A stretch of DNA of 64,000 bases from an uncultured Chloroflexia bacterium (lineage in GTDB: Bacteria; Chloroflexota; Dehalococcoidia; Dehalococcoidales; RBG-16-60-22): NCBI GenBank assembly GCA_963739395.1, contig CAVUAE010000001.1, forward strand, positions 948,137 to 1,012,136, written 5' to 3'. Below, piece by piece: positions 48,327 to 57,675 of the stretch. The notes under the pieces are model-generated. The model saw only the letters and a program-made list of their open reading frames with translations, made no database searches and was not told the DNA's origin. Every line of letters starts with the position of its first letter. Position 1 is the first letter of the stretch. The position numbers and the translations under genes were made by a program.

Positions 48327-48968
48327 ATGAAAAAACAGGATTTCAATTTAAAGAACTTTACCAGAGTCGATATCGGCAGTACCTTCGATTTCGAAATAGT
48401 CCGTGCGGATTCGTACAGTATCGTCGTTGAAGCCAATGAAGGACTATTTAATAATCTCCATGTCGAAACCGAGGGCGAAACACTTCGGGTATTCCATAGT
48501 AAACATATCGGCTGGGTATTCCGTCTTGATCGACCAAGAGTAAAAATTTCAATGCCCGTCATTAAAGAATTAGAACTTTCCGGGGCGGTGATAGGAAAAA
48601 TGAGTGGCTTCAAGTCAGGGGAGAATTTTAAGTTGACTATGGATGGAGCTAGTAAGGTTGATGCCGATATGGAATTCGGTTACTGTGAGTTTCACCTGCG
48701 CGGGGCATGTAACGTAAATGCAAAAGGCAAGGCTGAAAGCATCATCATTGATGTAAACGGAGCTTGCTATCTGGGGATGGAGGACTTTGCGGTTAAAAAC
48801 GCAGCTATCCGACTAAACGGAGCCAGTACCTGTTCGATAAAAGTCAATGGTAAGCTGGATGCCAGGCTGGCAGGTGTTTCCAACCTTAACCTAGCCGGCG
48901 AGCCCACCCTTGGTGATATAAGGACTACCGGACTGGCAAAAATCAACAACATTTCCCGAATGAAATAA
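48327..48968 (+). CDS. DUF2807 (head GIN) domain protein
   Basis: NFTRVDIGS, VETEGETLRV and repeated L.L.GAS..-type beta-helix units. Confidence 0.85.
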   Translation: MKKQDFNLKNFTRVDIGSTFDFEIVRADSYSIVVEANEGLFNNLHVETEGETLRVFHSKHIGWVFRLDRPRVKISMPVIKELELSGAVIGKMSGFKSGENFKLTMDGASKVDADMEFGYCEFHLRGACNVNAKGKAESIIIDVNGACYLGMEDFAVKNAAIRLNGASTCSIKVNGKLDARLAGVSNLNLAGEPTLGDIRTTGLAKINNISRMK

Positions 48969-49016
48969 ATCTAAAAAGTATAATAGCGCCGATGAGGCGA
49001 CGAGGAGATTACGAAA

Positions 49017-49163
49017 ATGAAACATGAACAGAAGACAACGAAAATGAAGATTTACCACAACGAGAGCGAAACTGTAATGATGCCGGAGCTGGTCGGTATG
49101 AACTGGGTGTTCTTAAATAACCGAACGACATCCCGGATAAAATTGCAGCGGGGAAGCTACTAA
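49017..49163 (+). CDS. Small ORF, 48 aa, repeat copy 1
   Basis: GAGGAG RBS then MKHEQKTTKMKIYHNESETVMMPELVGMNWVFLNNRTTSRIKLQRGSY. Confidence 0.5.
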   Translation: MKHEQKTTKMKIYHNESETVMMPELVGMNWVFLNNRTTSRIKLQRGSY

Positions 49164-49193
49164 ACTGAAGTGGTTACCGAGGAGGTAATGAAA

Positions 49194-49340
49194 ATGAAAC
49201 ATGAACAGAAGACAACGAAAATGAAGATTTACCACAACGAGAGCGAAACTGTAATGATGCCGGAGCTGGTCGGTATGAACTGGGTGTTCTTAAATAACCG
49301 AACGACATCCCGGATAAAATTGCAGCGGGGAAATTACTAA
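49194..49340 (+). CDS. Small ORF, 48 aa, repeat copy 2
   Basis: GAGGAGG RBS; same protein as copy 1 except terminal GNY for GSY. Confidence 0.5.
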   Translation: MKHEQKTTKMKIYHNESETVMMPELVGMNWVFLNNRTTSRIKLQRGNY

Positions 49341-49368
49341 AGTGAAGTGGGTGCCGAGGATAATACAC

Positions 49369-49503
49369 ATGAGGATTAACCACATAGAAAACAGCGCTGG
49401 GCTGTTCACCGGTACTAATTATCAACGTCAGTCACTTAATACACGCGAAATTGTAGACCTAGGTGATATCATGACCGAAGAACCAATAAGAAGGTTTTGG
49501 TAA
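49369..49503 (+). CDS. Small ORF, 44 aa
   Basis: GAGGA RBS from a partial third repeat; MRINHIENSAGLFTGTNYQRQSLNTREIVDLGDIMTEEPIRRFW. Confidence 0.3.
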   Translation: MRINHIENSAGLFTGTNYQRQSLNTREIVDLGDIMTEEPIRRFW

Positions 49504-49564
49504 TGGAACTGTATATATTCGCGGTAATATTACACAGGGAAAATATCAATGGGCGCTAATTCTT

Positions 49565-49699
49565 TTATAGTTGTCTCGTTTTTTGACTGTTATTTCTTTC
49601 GTAACTTTCTCTAAATACTCTATCTCTGAAACCCATAATATTTAAGAAAGATACATATCTTTCACATGTATTTCTCCACCATTTTATTTCCTTTGTCAT
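49565..49699 (-). pseudogene. Truncated paralog of the 47201-47974 cyclase-like gene
   Basis: MTKEIKWWRNTCERYVSFLNIMGFRDRVFR aligns with MAEKMDGWEDKNDRFVAFLDIMGFKERLQR and shares a ~40-bp leader; stops after 44 aa. Confidence 0.7.
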
Positions 49700-49756
49700 C
49701 TTATTTACCTCACCCTTAAATAGTTGGCTAATTATATAACGGGGTGGGGTGAATTA

Positions 49757-49835
49757 AAACTCCCTTAATCCCTCTTTACGAAAGAGGGACAATCCATCGT
49801 CTCCCTTTCATAAAGGGAGAGTGAGAGGGTTTTTT
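49757..49835. repeat. Bipartite REP-like element
   Basis: CCCTCTTT..AAAGAGGG plus CTCCCTTT..AAAGGGAG hairpins, homologous to 51950-52062. Confidence 0.7.
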
Positions 49836-49871
49836 CTTGCCTTCTTTTCCTAAATCTAGTAAAGTCATGCT

Positions 49872-51275
49872 ATGAGTAAATCCTCGGCTAAAGTGGTTTA
49901 CGTATGCAAAGAGTGCGGCAAGGAGAGTCTTAAGTGGCTCGGTAAGTGCCCGGACTGCAACCAGTGGAACACCTTTAGCGAGATGACGATTAAGGCGGAG
50001 GTCGCCTCCTTAAGACCGATGGGTCAGGCGGCTTTTCCGCAGGAGCTTTCGCAGGTAGAGCTAGAGGCTAAAGACCGCTCCCCTTTACCCCTCGCCGAAT
50101 TCAACCGCGTACTGGGGGGAGGCATCGTGGCGGGGTCGCTTGTACTTGTTAGCGGCGACCCTGGCATCGGCAAGTCCACCCTTTTATTACAGGCGGCGGC
50201 GTCCATCGCTAACCAGCGTCAGCGCGTGGTCTACGTCACCGGCGAAGAGACGGCGCAGCAGATAAAGCTTAGGGCGAAGCGACTGGGACTTAAAGGAGAG
50301 GGACTTTTCATTCTGGCGGATACCGACGTGGACGCGATTATCGAGCAGGCGGAACAGGTCCTTCCTAAGGAAGGATTATTGATTGTAGACTCCATCCAGA
50401 CGGTTTACATACCGGGTGGGGATTCGGCGGCGGGGAGTGTATCGCAGGTACGGGACTGCACGATGCGTCTTATGCAGTGGGCGAAAATTCACGGCGTGCC
50501 CGTCTTCATCTCGGGACATGTCACCAAAGAGGGCGCCATCGCTGGCCCACGCGTTTTAGAGCATATCGTAGACGTCGTCCTCTATCTTGAGGGCGAGCCT
50601 TTCAGCGCTTACAGATTACTTCGCTGCGTTAAAAACCGCTTCGGCTCGACCAATGAGGTGGGCGTTTTTGAGATGAAAGAGGAGGGGATGGTCGAGGTGG
50701 CGAACCCATCGCTAGCATTTCTATCACAGCGGGGGACGGAAACGGTAGGGTCGGCCGTCGTGCCAGTCATCGAGGGGAGTCGTCCTCTATTAGTCGAGAT
50801 ACAGGCGCTAACGACCCTCAATACTTTCGGGCAGCCGCGACGTACAGCCAATGGCGTGGACTTTAATCGACTTCTTTTAGTGACGGCGGTGTTATCGCGG
50901 CGGGTGGGGTTAAAATTGGGCAACCAGGACGTGATGGTGAACGTGACGGGCGGCTTAAAGGTAGGCGAGCCGGCAGCGGACCTGGGGATGGCTCTGGCAA
51001 TTGCCTCCAGTTATCGGGACGCGGAAGTGATGCCTCAAACAGCGGCGGTGGGGGAGGTGGGCTTAAGCGGAGAATTACGCCCCGCCCCGCAGATGGATAG
51101 GAGACTAAATGAAGTGCTTAGACTGGGTTTTACACGTTGCATTATTCCTAAGACGGGGGCGAAGATAAACCCTCCTAAAGATATGGAAATCATTATTGCG
51201 GGGACTTTAAGGGAGGCGGTTTTTAAGGGGTTAAAGGGAGGGAAGGAGGATAAAAATGAGTCTGACACAAAATGA
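49872..51275 (+). CDS. radA: DNA repair protein RadA/Sms
   Basis: CKECG...GKCPDC zinc finger, GDPGIGKST, KNRFG, Lon-like C-domain. Confidence 0.96.
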   Translation: MSKSSAKVVYVCKECGKESLKWLGKCPDCNQWNTFSEMTIKAEVASLRPMGQAAFPQELSQVELEAKDRSPLPLAEFNRVLGGGIVAGSLVLVSGDPGIGKSTLLLQAAASIANQRQRVVYVTGEETAQQIKLRAKRLGLKGEGLFILADTDVDAIIEQAEQVLPKEGLLIVDSIQTVYIPGGDSAAGSVSQVRDCTMRLMQWAKIHGVPVFISGHVTKEGAIAGPRVLEHIVDVVLYLEGEPFSAYRLLRCVKNRFGSTNEVGVFEMKEEGMVEVANPSLAFLSQRGTETVGSAVVPVIEGSRPLLVEIQALTTLNTFGQPRRTANGVDFNRLLLVTAVLSRRVGLKLGNQDVMVNVTGGLKVGEPAADLGMALAIASSYRDAEVMPQTAAVGEVGLSGELRPAPQMDRRLNEVLRLGFTRCIIPKTGAKINPPKDMEIIIAGTLREAVFKGLKGGKEDKNESDTK

Positions 51276-51918
51276 AAAAAAAGAACGTTTAAAACATTAT
51301 TTAAAACGTGAGGAAATAAGAATCCCGCTTCTACAAGAAGCCATGGAAGCCGTTAAAAAATATTACCAAGATTCTAAGAAAAGCAACTTAGAACATTTTG
51401 AAAAAATTGATAATGTTATTTTATTCCTTTTAATAATGGAACGGGATATGTCAGTATTGATACTTAACTATTTAAAAATTTTTACTAACAATTGGGAACA
51501 GAAATATATCGCCAGACAAATAGCATTATTAGTATATGAAATGTCTCAAGATATTCCCCAACTTTTAAATGGAAATTTTCGTATTAGTTTAAGAACAATT
51601 CCCTTATGGGATGGAGCTGAAGAGGAGCTTAATAAAATCACTAAATCTCTTCACAAATTTAATGAAGTTAATAGAATAATGCTTGAAGACATTCGGCATT
51701 TTGTCATTGCACATAGGGATCAGGATGCATTTAAACAAATAGAAATTATTGAGAAGCTAGATCCTGATGAAATTTATAAAATCGTTGAAAAACTTTATGA
51801 AATTATACGTCCTCTTGTCGATTTCTTGTTAAGAGTATTAGATATCATGGGTAATCCACATGTTATAGTGCATCATCTTTCAGAAGCGATAGAGAAAAAG
51901 AAAAAAGGGACAGCCTAG
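51256..51918 (+). CDS. Hypothetical all-helical protein, AT-rich
   Basis: 220-aa open frame overlapping the radA stop; IRHFVIAH resembles an RxxxxH (HEPN-like) motif, weak. Confidence 0.6.
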   Translation: MSLTQNEKKERLKHYLKREEIRIPLLQEAMEAVKKYYQDSKKSNLEHFEKIDNVILFLLIMERDMSVLILNYLKIFTNNWEQKYIARQIALLVYEMSQDIPQLLNGNFRISLRTIPLWDGAEEELNKITKSLHKFNEVNRIMLEDIRHFVIAHRDQDAFKQIEIIEKLDPDEIYKIVEKLYEIIRPLVDFLLRVLDIMGNPHVIVHHLSEAIEKKKKGTA

Positions 51919-51920
51919 CT

Positions 51921-52062
51921 GGATTCCCGTTTTCACGGGAATGACGGGGAAATCCCCCTTGGTCCCCCTTTTACAAAGGGGGAAAGAAAAAATTTAACCA
52001 ACGATATATGGTTTGTACAATCATCCTCTCCCTTTGTAAAAGGGAGAGTTAGAGAGGGATTT
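51921..52062. repeat. Composite REP-like elements
   Basis: GGATTCCCGTTTTCACGGGAATGAC followed by the bipartite CCCTTT..AAAGGG element. Confidence 0.72.
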
Positions 52063-52064
52063 GA

Positions 52065-52742
52065 ATGAAAAAAGTCTCCGCTATTATCGCCGCTGCTGGT
52101 GACAGTCAAAGGATGGGGGGCGTCGATAAAATGTTCGCCCCCATTAACGGTCGTCCTGCCCTGGCGCGTGTTTTGGATACCTTTCAGAACTGTAAAAAAA
52201 TCAACCAAATAATTGTCGTGATGAACCAACAAAATATTGACGCATGCCGGCGGCTGGTAAAGGCCGAGGGGTGGACTAAAGTCAAGGATATCATCCTTGG
52301 CGGTAAAAGGCGGCAGGACTCGGTGGCGGAGGGACTTAAGTATGTTAGGGACGCAGATTGGGTAGTCATCCATGACGGGGCGCGTCCTCTTGTGACCATT
52401 GACCTTATCGAGCTGGGGCTAGAAGCGGCTCAAGAGACCGGTGCAGCATCAGCCGCGGTGCCAGTGACGGATACTATTAAAACAGTAAAAGATAATGAAA
52501 TTGTAGATAAAACGCTGCCGCGCCAAAACTTAAGAGCCATCCAGACTCCGCAGGTTTTTCGTTTTGACATCATCAAAAAAGCCTATAAATCCGTCTATGG
52601 CGATGTCACTGACGACGCGGCGCTGGTAGAGAAAGCCGGCTATAAAGTTAAACTCTATATGGGCTCTTATGCTAATATAAAAATAACCACACTAGACGAC
52701 CTCGCGGTCGCGGAGGCTTTAGCGAAACGAAATGAGCACTAA
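52065..52742 (+). CDS. ispD: 2-C-methyl-D-erythritol 4-phosphate cytidylyltransferase
   Basis: AAGDSQRMGGVDK, RQDSV, IHDGARP, QTPQ, KIT. Confidence 0.95.
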   Translation: MKKVSAIIAAAGDSQRMGGVDKMFAPINGRPALARVLDTFQNCKKINQIIVVMNQQNIDACRRLVKAEGWTKVKDIILGGKRRQDSVAEGLKYVRDADWVVIHDGARPLVTIDLIELGLEAAQETGAASAAVPVTDTIKTVKDNEIVDKTLPRQNLRAIQTPQVFRFDIIKKAYKSVYGDVTDDAALVEKAGYKVKLYMGSYANIKITTLDDLAVAEALAKRNEH

Positions 52743-53220
52743 TTTACGCATCGGCATCGGCTATGACGCGCATCCCCTGGTAAAAAAGCGGAAGTTGGTA
52801 TTGGGTGGGGTAGAGATACCTTACGCTAAAGGACTGGATGGCTGGAGTGACGCCGATGTACTCACCCATGCGGTGATGGATGCCTTGCTAGGAGCGGCGG
52901 CTTTAGGCGACATCGGGCAGCATTTCCCGCCGGGGCAAGCGGAATATAAAGACATATCGAGTTTGGTCCTGCTATCCGAAGTGGCAGTAACTTTAAAGGA
53001 AGCAGGATTTGAAGCAGTGAATATCGACGCTACGGTGGTAGCCGAAGAACCGCGACTTCAACAACATTTAAATGAAATGCGGCAGAATTTTAGTCATGTA
53101 TTAGGCATCGATATTAAAAAGGTAAGCGTGAAAGCCAGCACGAATAATGGGCTGGGGGATATTGGGCGGGGGAAAGGCATCGCCGCATATGCCGTTGTTT
53201 TGGTAGAAGAGGGAAAATAA
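52732..53220 (+). CDS. ispF: 2-C-methyl-D-erythritol 2,4-cyclodiphosphate synthase
   Basis: RIGIGYDAH, SDADVLTHA.MDALLGA, GDIGQHFP. Confidence 0.95.
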   Translation: MSTNLRIGIGYDAHPLVKKRKLVLGGVEIPYAKGLDGWSDADVLTHAVMDALLGAAALGDIGQHFPPGQAEYKDISSLVLLSEVAVTLKEAGFEAVNIDATVVAEEPRLQQHLNEMRQNFSHVLGIDIKKVSVKASTNNGLGDIGRGKGIAAYAVVLVEEGK

Positions 53221-54872
53221 TGAAAATATCCGACACTTTAACCGGTAAAAAAACGGAGTTCAAGCCGCGCGGTGATACCGTAACCATGTATGTCTGCGGC
53301 ATCACGCCGTATGACGATTCCCATCTCGGTCACGCCATGAGTGCCATTGTTTTTGATGTTGTTCGCCGCTACCTGCGGTTCAGGGGATATAAGCTTAAAA
53401 CCGTCCAAAATATTACCGATGTTGATGATAAGATTATCAACCGCGCTAATCGGCTCGGTATCAACGCCGCCGAGCTAGCCGGTAAGTATGCTAATAGTTA
53501 TCACGAAGAGATGGAGCTTCTTAATGTATCCCCGCCGGATATTAATCCAAAAGCCACCGAAGAAATACAAGAGATGCGAAAGGTTATCACAGGACTAATC
53601 GATAAGGGTTTTGCTTACGAGGCTAACGGGAGTGTCTACTTCCGCGTAAAAAACAAGCCGGACTATGGGAAGTTATCAAAACGTAAATTTGATACTATGA
53701 TTGTTGGCGCCAGCATTGAACCTGGCGAAGAAAAGGAAGACCCACTGGACTTCGTCCTCTGGAAAGCCGCCAAACCGAACGAGCCGCATTGGCCAAGCCC
53801 ATGGGGTGAGGGTAGACCGGGGTGGCATATCGAGTGCAGCGCTATGTCCACAAAATACCTGGGCGAGCAGATAGACATTCATGGCGGGGGTTCGGACCTG
53901 GTCTTCCCCCACCACGAGAACGAAATAGCGCAAACAGAAAGCTATACCGGCAAGGTTCCTTTTGTTAAGTACTGGATGCATAATGGCTCACTTCAGTTGG
54001 GCGCGGAGAAAATGAGTAAAAGCCTGGGCAACCTTATAACGATAAGAGACTTCCTGAAAAAATATAGTGCGGACGCGCTGCGGATATTCGTATTAAGTTC
54101 TTATTACCGTAGTCCACTGACCTATACCGACGAAGCCATCGAGGCGGCGCAGGCAGGGGCGGAAAGATTACAACGCACTGTATCAAGGTATGAAGCTAAC
54201 GCAACAGTGGTTCCATTTGATATCGAATCTTATAAACAGAAATTTATAGAAGCAATGGATGATGACTTTAATACGCCAAAAGCACTAGCTGTATTATTTG
54301 ATTTAGCAAGAGATATTAACTTAGCTATAGACAAGGGAAATATCCCTGAGAATGCGCAAGATAAACTTAGGTCTTTAGCTCAGGATATACTAGGTCTTAA
54401 ATTAAGAAAAGAGGTTGAGGTAAAAGCCTCGGTATCATTTGGTATCACAGTAACTGCAGAAGCTGATTTCATACCTAGTGAAGTAACAACTTTAGTAAAT
54501 CGTCTTATAGAACAGAGAATAAAACTTAGGAAAGAAAAGAATTACCAACAAGCCGACGAGATAAGGAATAAATTAGCTACTATCGGAGTCATTTTGGAAG
54601 ATACAAAGGAAAAACCAAACGCAGTATTTAAACGAATTCCTTCTGAAAAAGAACTGTTAGAATCTAGTAAAGGAATTGAATTTAAATTTTTGAATTTTGT
54701 AAAAACTATCCCGACGCAAGTCGGGAACCAGCTAATATCATTCTCGCTAGATTCCGGCTTTCGCCGGAATGGTTTACGAATTAGCCTCAAAACAAAAACA
54801 AATAAGGCACTGTTGTTACAATGCCTTATCTTTTATAACTTATATCCGATTATTCTAGATAAGTTGTGTTAA
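53220..54872 (+). CDS. cysS: Cysteine--tRNA ligase with C-terminal extension
   Basis: YVCGITPYD..HLGH, GRPGWHIECS, HGGGSDLVFPHHENE, KMSKS. Confidence 0.95.
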   Translation: MKISDTLTGKKTEFKPRGDTVTMYVCGITPYDDSHLGHAMSAIVFDVVRRYLRFRGYKLKTVQNITDVDDKIINRANRLGINAAELAGKYANSYHEEMELLNVSPPDINPKATEEIQEMRKVITGLIDKGFAYEANGSVYFRVKNKPDYGKLSKRKFDTMIVGASIEPGEEKEDPLDFVLWKAAKPNEPHWPSPWGEGRPGWHIECSAMSTKYLGEQIDIHGGGSDLVFPHHENEIAQTESYTGKVPFVKYWMHNGSLQLGAEKMSKSLGNLITIRDFLKKYSADALRIFVLSSYYRSPLTYTDEAIEAAQAGAERLQRTVSRYEANATVVPFDIESYKQKFIEAMDDDFNTPKALAVLFDLARDINLAIDKGNIPENAQDKLRSLAQDILGLKLRKEVEVKASVSFGITVTAEADFIPSEVTTLVNRLIEQRIKLRKEKNYQQADEIRNKLATIGVILEDTKEKPNAVFKRIPSEKELLESSKGIEFKFLNFVKTIPTQVGNQLISFSLDSGFRRNGLRISLKTKTNKALLLQCLIFYNLYPIILDKLC

Positions 54873-55005
54873 ATATACTGTTTTCTTATCTAGCAAGCTT
54901 TATCAGCTCTACGCCGATATATAACCAACCTATAAAAAATTGGTCGTATTATTTAATTTAGGTAAACGAACCAGGACTAACAAAAAAGTAGAGGGTGAGT
55001 CGGAA

Positions 55006-55146
55006 TTAGCCCTTGCCGATGCGGAATATTTTGGTCCCGCACTTTGGGCAGGTGCCTTGGGTGGCTGGTCGTTTATTCTTCAGAGTGACCGCCTTGGGAT
55101 TACTCATTTCAACCTTCTTCCGGCATTTCATACAATAGGCTTGCAT
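55006..55146 (-). CDS. DUF5679-type small zinc-finger protein (46 aa)
   Basis: Manual translation MQAYCMKCRKKVEMSNPKAVTLKNKRPATQGTCPKCGTKIFRIGKG with GGAGGT RBS; not in the ORF track. Confidence 0.85.
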   Translation of the reverse strand: MQAYCMKCRKKVEMSNPKAVTLKNKRPATQGTCPKCGTKIFRIGKG

Positions 55147-55357
55147 TGTGCACCTCCCAGACTAAATATCGTTTGCCTGAAAGCGTAACAAAATCAAGCG
55201 TATTTGTCAATAGTTTCAGACATAAAATAGCTATATTTTTGTACTATTTTTAGCAAACAGGTAAAATTGTGATTTTTAACGACCAAATAAATGATGCAAA
55301 CGCGTAAAATGCCTGATTTGCTTCATCAAAAAATGTATTGAAAAACTGCCTTAAAAA

Positions 55358-56206
55358 TTAGTCCTCCCGCCAGTCCCAATCCCTCCCGCCCTTAAAGACA
55401 GCCGAGTTCATTTCATTGCTCAAGAAAATGAGGTTGGCATCCGGGAAACGCATCGCCATATTGTAGAAAAACGTGCCGGTGTCCTTTGTCTTTTTGAGTT
55501 CTTCTTCAGTGGCGGTTAAATATTCTTTCATAAATTTAAATGAAGAGTTATCGAAGGGCATGCCTGGCTTCTGGTGTCCTGGAATGACGACCTCAGCGCC
55601 CATTTTCTCCAAACGCTCGATGTCCTTATACCACTGCTTACGCTCTTCCGCCGTTATCTCGCAGGTAAATGGGTGCGCCTGGTTAAAGAGAACATCGCTG
55701 CAGTAGAGGGTTTTTATCGAGGGAATCCAGACGACGGTATTGTATTTCAAGTCGCCCATGATTTCCGGGATTATCTCGATGCGCTTGCCTTCTAACTCAA
55801 AGTAATTTTTCGTGAGAGGCTCGATATTAACCGCTTTAGTGGGCACGTTGGTCGGCCCGATGACAGGTGTCCAGTGCTCGATTTTGCCGAACATCTGCTT
55901 ATTAATGGTGTGGGCGACTGAGGGCAGGGCGATGACCTTCGCCTTAGGGAAGGCTTCGGTAATTGGTCCTAAACCGAAGTAATGGTCGGGGTGGGCGTGA
56001 GTAACATAGATGTATTTCAAGTGCTTGCCTGTTTCCAGTATTTCCGCAGCGACACGGTGTCCGTTGGACAAACTCCACTGCGCATCGAGTAAAGCGGCAT
56101 CGGTTTTGCCTATAACGATGACCGAAGCAACGGAGAAACCGCTTTCATCGGAGAAAAAGACTTTAGTAGTCAGTCCATTTTCGTGTTTATTAATTCTAAC
56201 TTCCAT
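55358..56206 (-). CDS. MBL-fold metallo-hydrolase
   Basis: THAHPDHYFG (HxHxDH), SDV, IPGH. Confidence 0.9.
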   Translation of the reverse strand: MEVRINKHENGLTTKVFFSDESGFSVASVIVIGKTDAALLDAQWSLSNGHRVAAEILETGKHLKYIYVTHAHPDHYFGLGPITEAFPKAKVIALPSVAHTINKQMFGKIEHWTPVIGPTNVPTKAVNIEPLTKNYFELEGKRIEIIPEIMGDLKYNTVVWIPSIKTLYCSDVLFNQAHPFTCEITAEERKQWYKDIERLEKMGAEVVIPGHQKPGMPFDNSSFKFMKEYLTATEEELKKTKDTGTFFYNMAMRFPDANLIFLSNEMNSAVFKGGRDWDWRED

Positions 56207-56234
56207 CGTTCAACCCTCCAAGTGGGATAATCCT

Positions 56235-57494
56235 TTAATATTTACCGTACTCTTTCGTAAACTCAATCATAGCTTTGAGGTTTTCCGGCTTGACCTCGTC
56301 GGTAGAGGAGCGGGGGGATAGTATATAGCCGCCGCCCTTGCCGCAGATATCAATGAGTTTCTTGCAGTGGGCGATGACGTCTTCCTTACTCCCCACCTGT
56401 AAAAGTGAAGACGGCACATTCCCCTCAATGCAGATATGGCCCTTCAGGACATCTTTAGCTCTAAAGATATCCGTGGTATCAAAACGCGCCAGTATCGAGC
56501 CTTTGGGGAACTCCAACAGGTATTCTAGTCTTGAAGTAAAGTTGCCCTCGAAGAAGATGCAGGGTGTTAAACCTTTTTGAACCAGCCCCATGACCAGCTT
56601 TTTAAATGTCGGCCAGTAGAACCGTTTAAACTGCGCCATGGACATGAATTCATCGGAGCCGCGGGTATTGGTCATGAAAATGCGGGTATAGCCGTTCTCG
56701 GTCGGTTCGGGGTTTGTCCTCTCCAGCGACTTCTTTAAGATGAACTCACACATTTCCTCGATTTTCTCCGGTTGGCGGAACATATCCATCATCGTGCCGC
56801 TCATGCCGCGTAAAGAGTGAGAAATAACGTCGAAGGGAGGCATCGCCGCCCCCTGGAAATATTCCGGAAAGCCCATATCCAGTATCATCTGGCTAAATTT
56901 CCTCATCTTCGGCAGCCACTTGCGCATTTCACGTCCTGCTTTTTGTAGAGTACTAATAGCTTTAGCAGTTCTAGGTTCTGAGAAAGCCAGTGCTAGCGCC
57001 TGCGCACCCATCTGGCCAGCAATATCGGAGAGCTTGGGGATATCAGCCATACCCATCAGATTATCGCTGGTGCGGGAGATGAAAATGCGGAACATAAAAT
57101 CGGAGGGGTCGCGCATATAAGCGTCATACTCATCTGCCTTCAGGTTATCTATCTCGATAGCCTGGTGTCCTTGGTGCGGGTCGACGCCATGCCCGGGCCA
57201 ACGCATCGTCTTGGGAGCGATGATTTCCAGGGCTTTCCCCGGCGTAAACCCCTGGGGGAAAATCATATCCGCCGGGAAGTCCTGCAGAGTCTTTTTATAA
57301 GCGTTGTACCAGGCATCGAAATCATAATAAGCCGCGGAACAAAGTATCCCGGTATATTTAGCGGGGAAGTAGCCGATGGCGCTGATAACCGGCACTCTAT
57401 CCGTCGGCTTAAGCTGGATGGTATTCATGATTCTAGTTTCGCGTTCTTTCCGCAGCTGCTTGCCCGATTTACCATCATTAGGTTGACGAACCAT
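56235..57494 (-). CDS. URO-D/MtaA superfamily protein, paralog 7
   Basis: TDRVP, MRWPGHG, PFD...SLRG, FYWPTFKK, IEGNVP, GGGYIL; NTRG replaces the HKG motif. Confidence 0.85.
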   Translation of the reverse strand: MVRQPNDGKSGKQLRKERETRIMNTIQLKPTDRVPVISAIGYFPAKYTGILCSAAYYDFDAWYNAYKKTLQDFPADMIFPQGFTPGKALEIIAPKTMRWPGHGVDPHQGHQAIEIDNLKADEYDAYMRDPSDFMFRIFISRTSDNLMGMADIPKLSDIAGQMGAQALALAFSEPRTAKAISTLQKAGREMRKWLPKMRKFSQMILDMGFPEYFQGAAMPPFDVISHSLRGMSGTMMDMFRQPEKIEEMCEFILKKSLERTNPEPTENGYTRIFMTNTRGSDEFMSMAQFKRFYWPTFKKLVMGLVQKGLTPCIFFEGNFTSRLEYLLEFPKGSILARFDTTDIFRAKDVLKGHICIEGNVPSSLLQVGSKEDVIAHCKKLIDICGKGGGYILSPRSSTDEVKPENLKAMIEFTKEYGKY

Positions 57495-57675
57495 AACATT
57501 TTCCTCCGGACTAAAAGTTTATTTGGATAAAGAAAAACTGCTTTTTTAGCAGAGTTTTTACTATGTAAACAGCTTAATAGTTTGCTGGCGGAATTATAAC
57601 ACATATGCTACAATACTGTCATTAATCGGGACGCAAAAACACACGATAAATACCAGGCAGAAAGGAATCAGTCAA

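Larger units (their letters stand above)
49017..49340. repeat. 177-bp tandem duplication
   Basis: 49017-49163 and 49194-49340 are near-identical (differences in the last codons only). Confidence 0.92.

Noticed and set aside
49017-49340. CRISPR array
   Set aside because: Two 177-bp units without unique spacers, and no cas genes.
54940-55188. 82-aa ORF in the track
   Set aside because: A different frame gives a convincing zinc-finger protein with an RBS (55006-55146).
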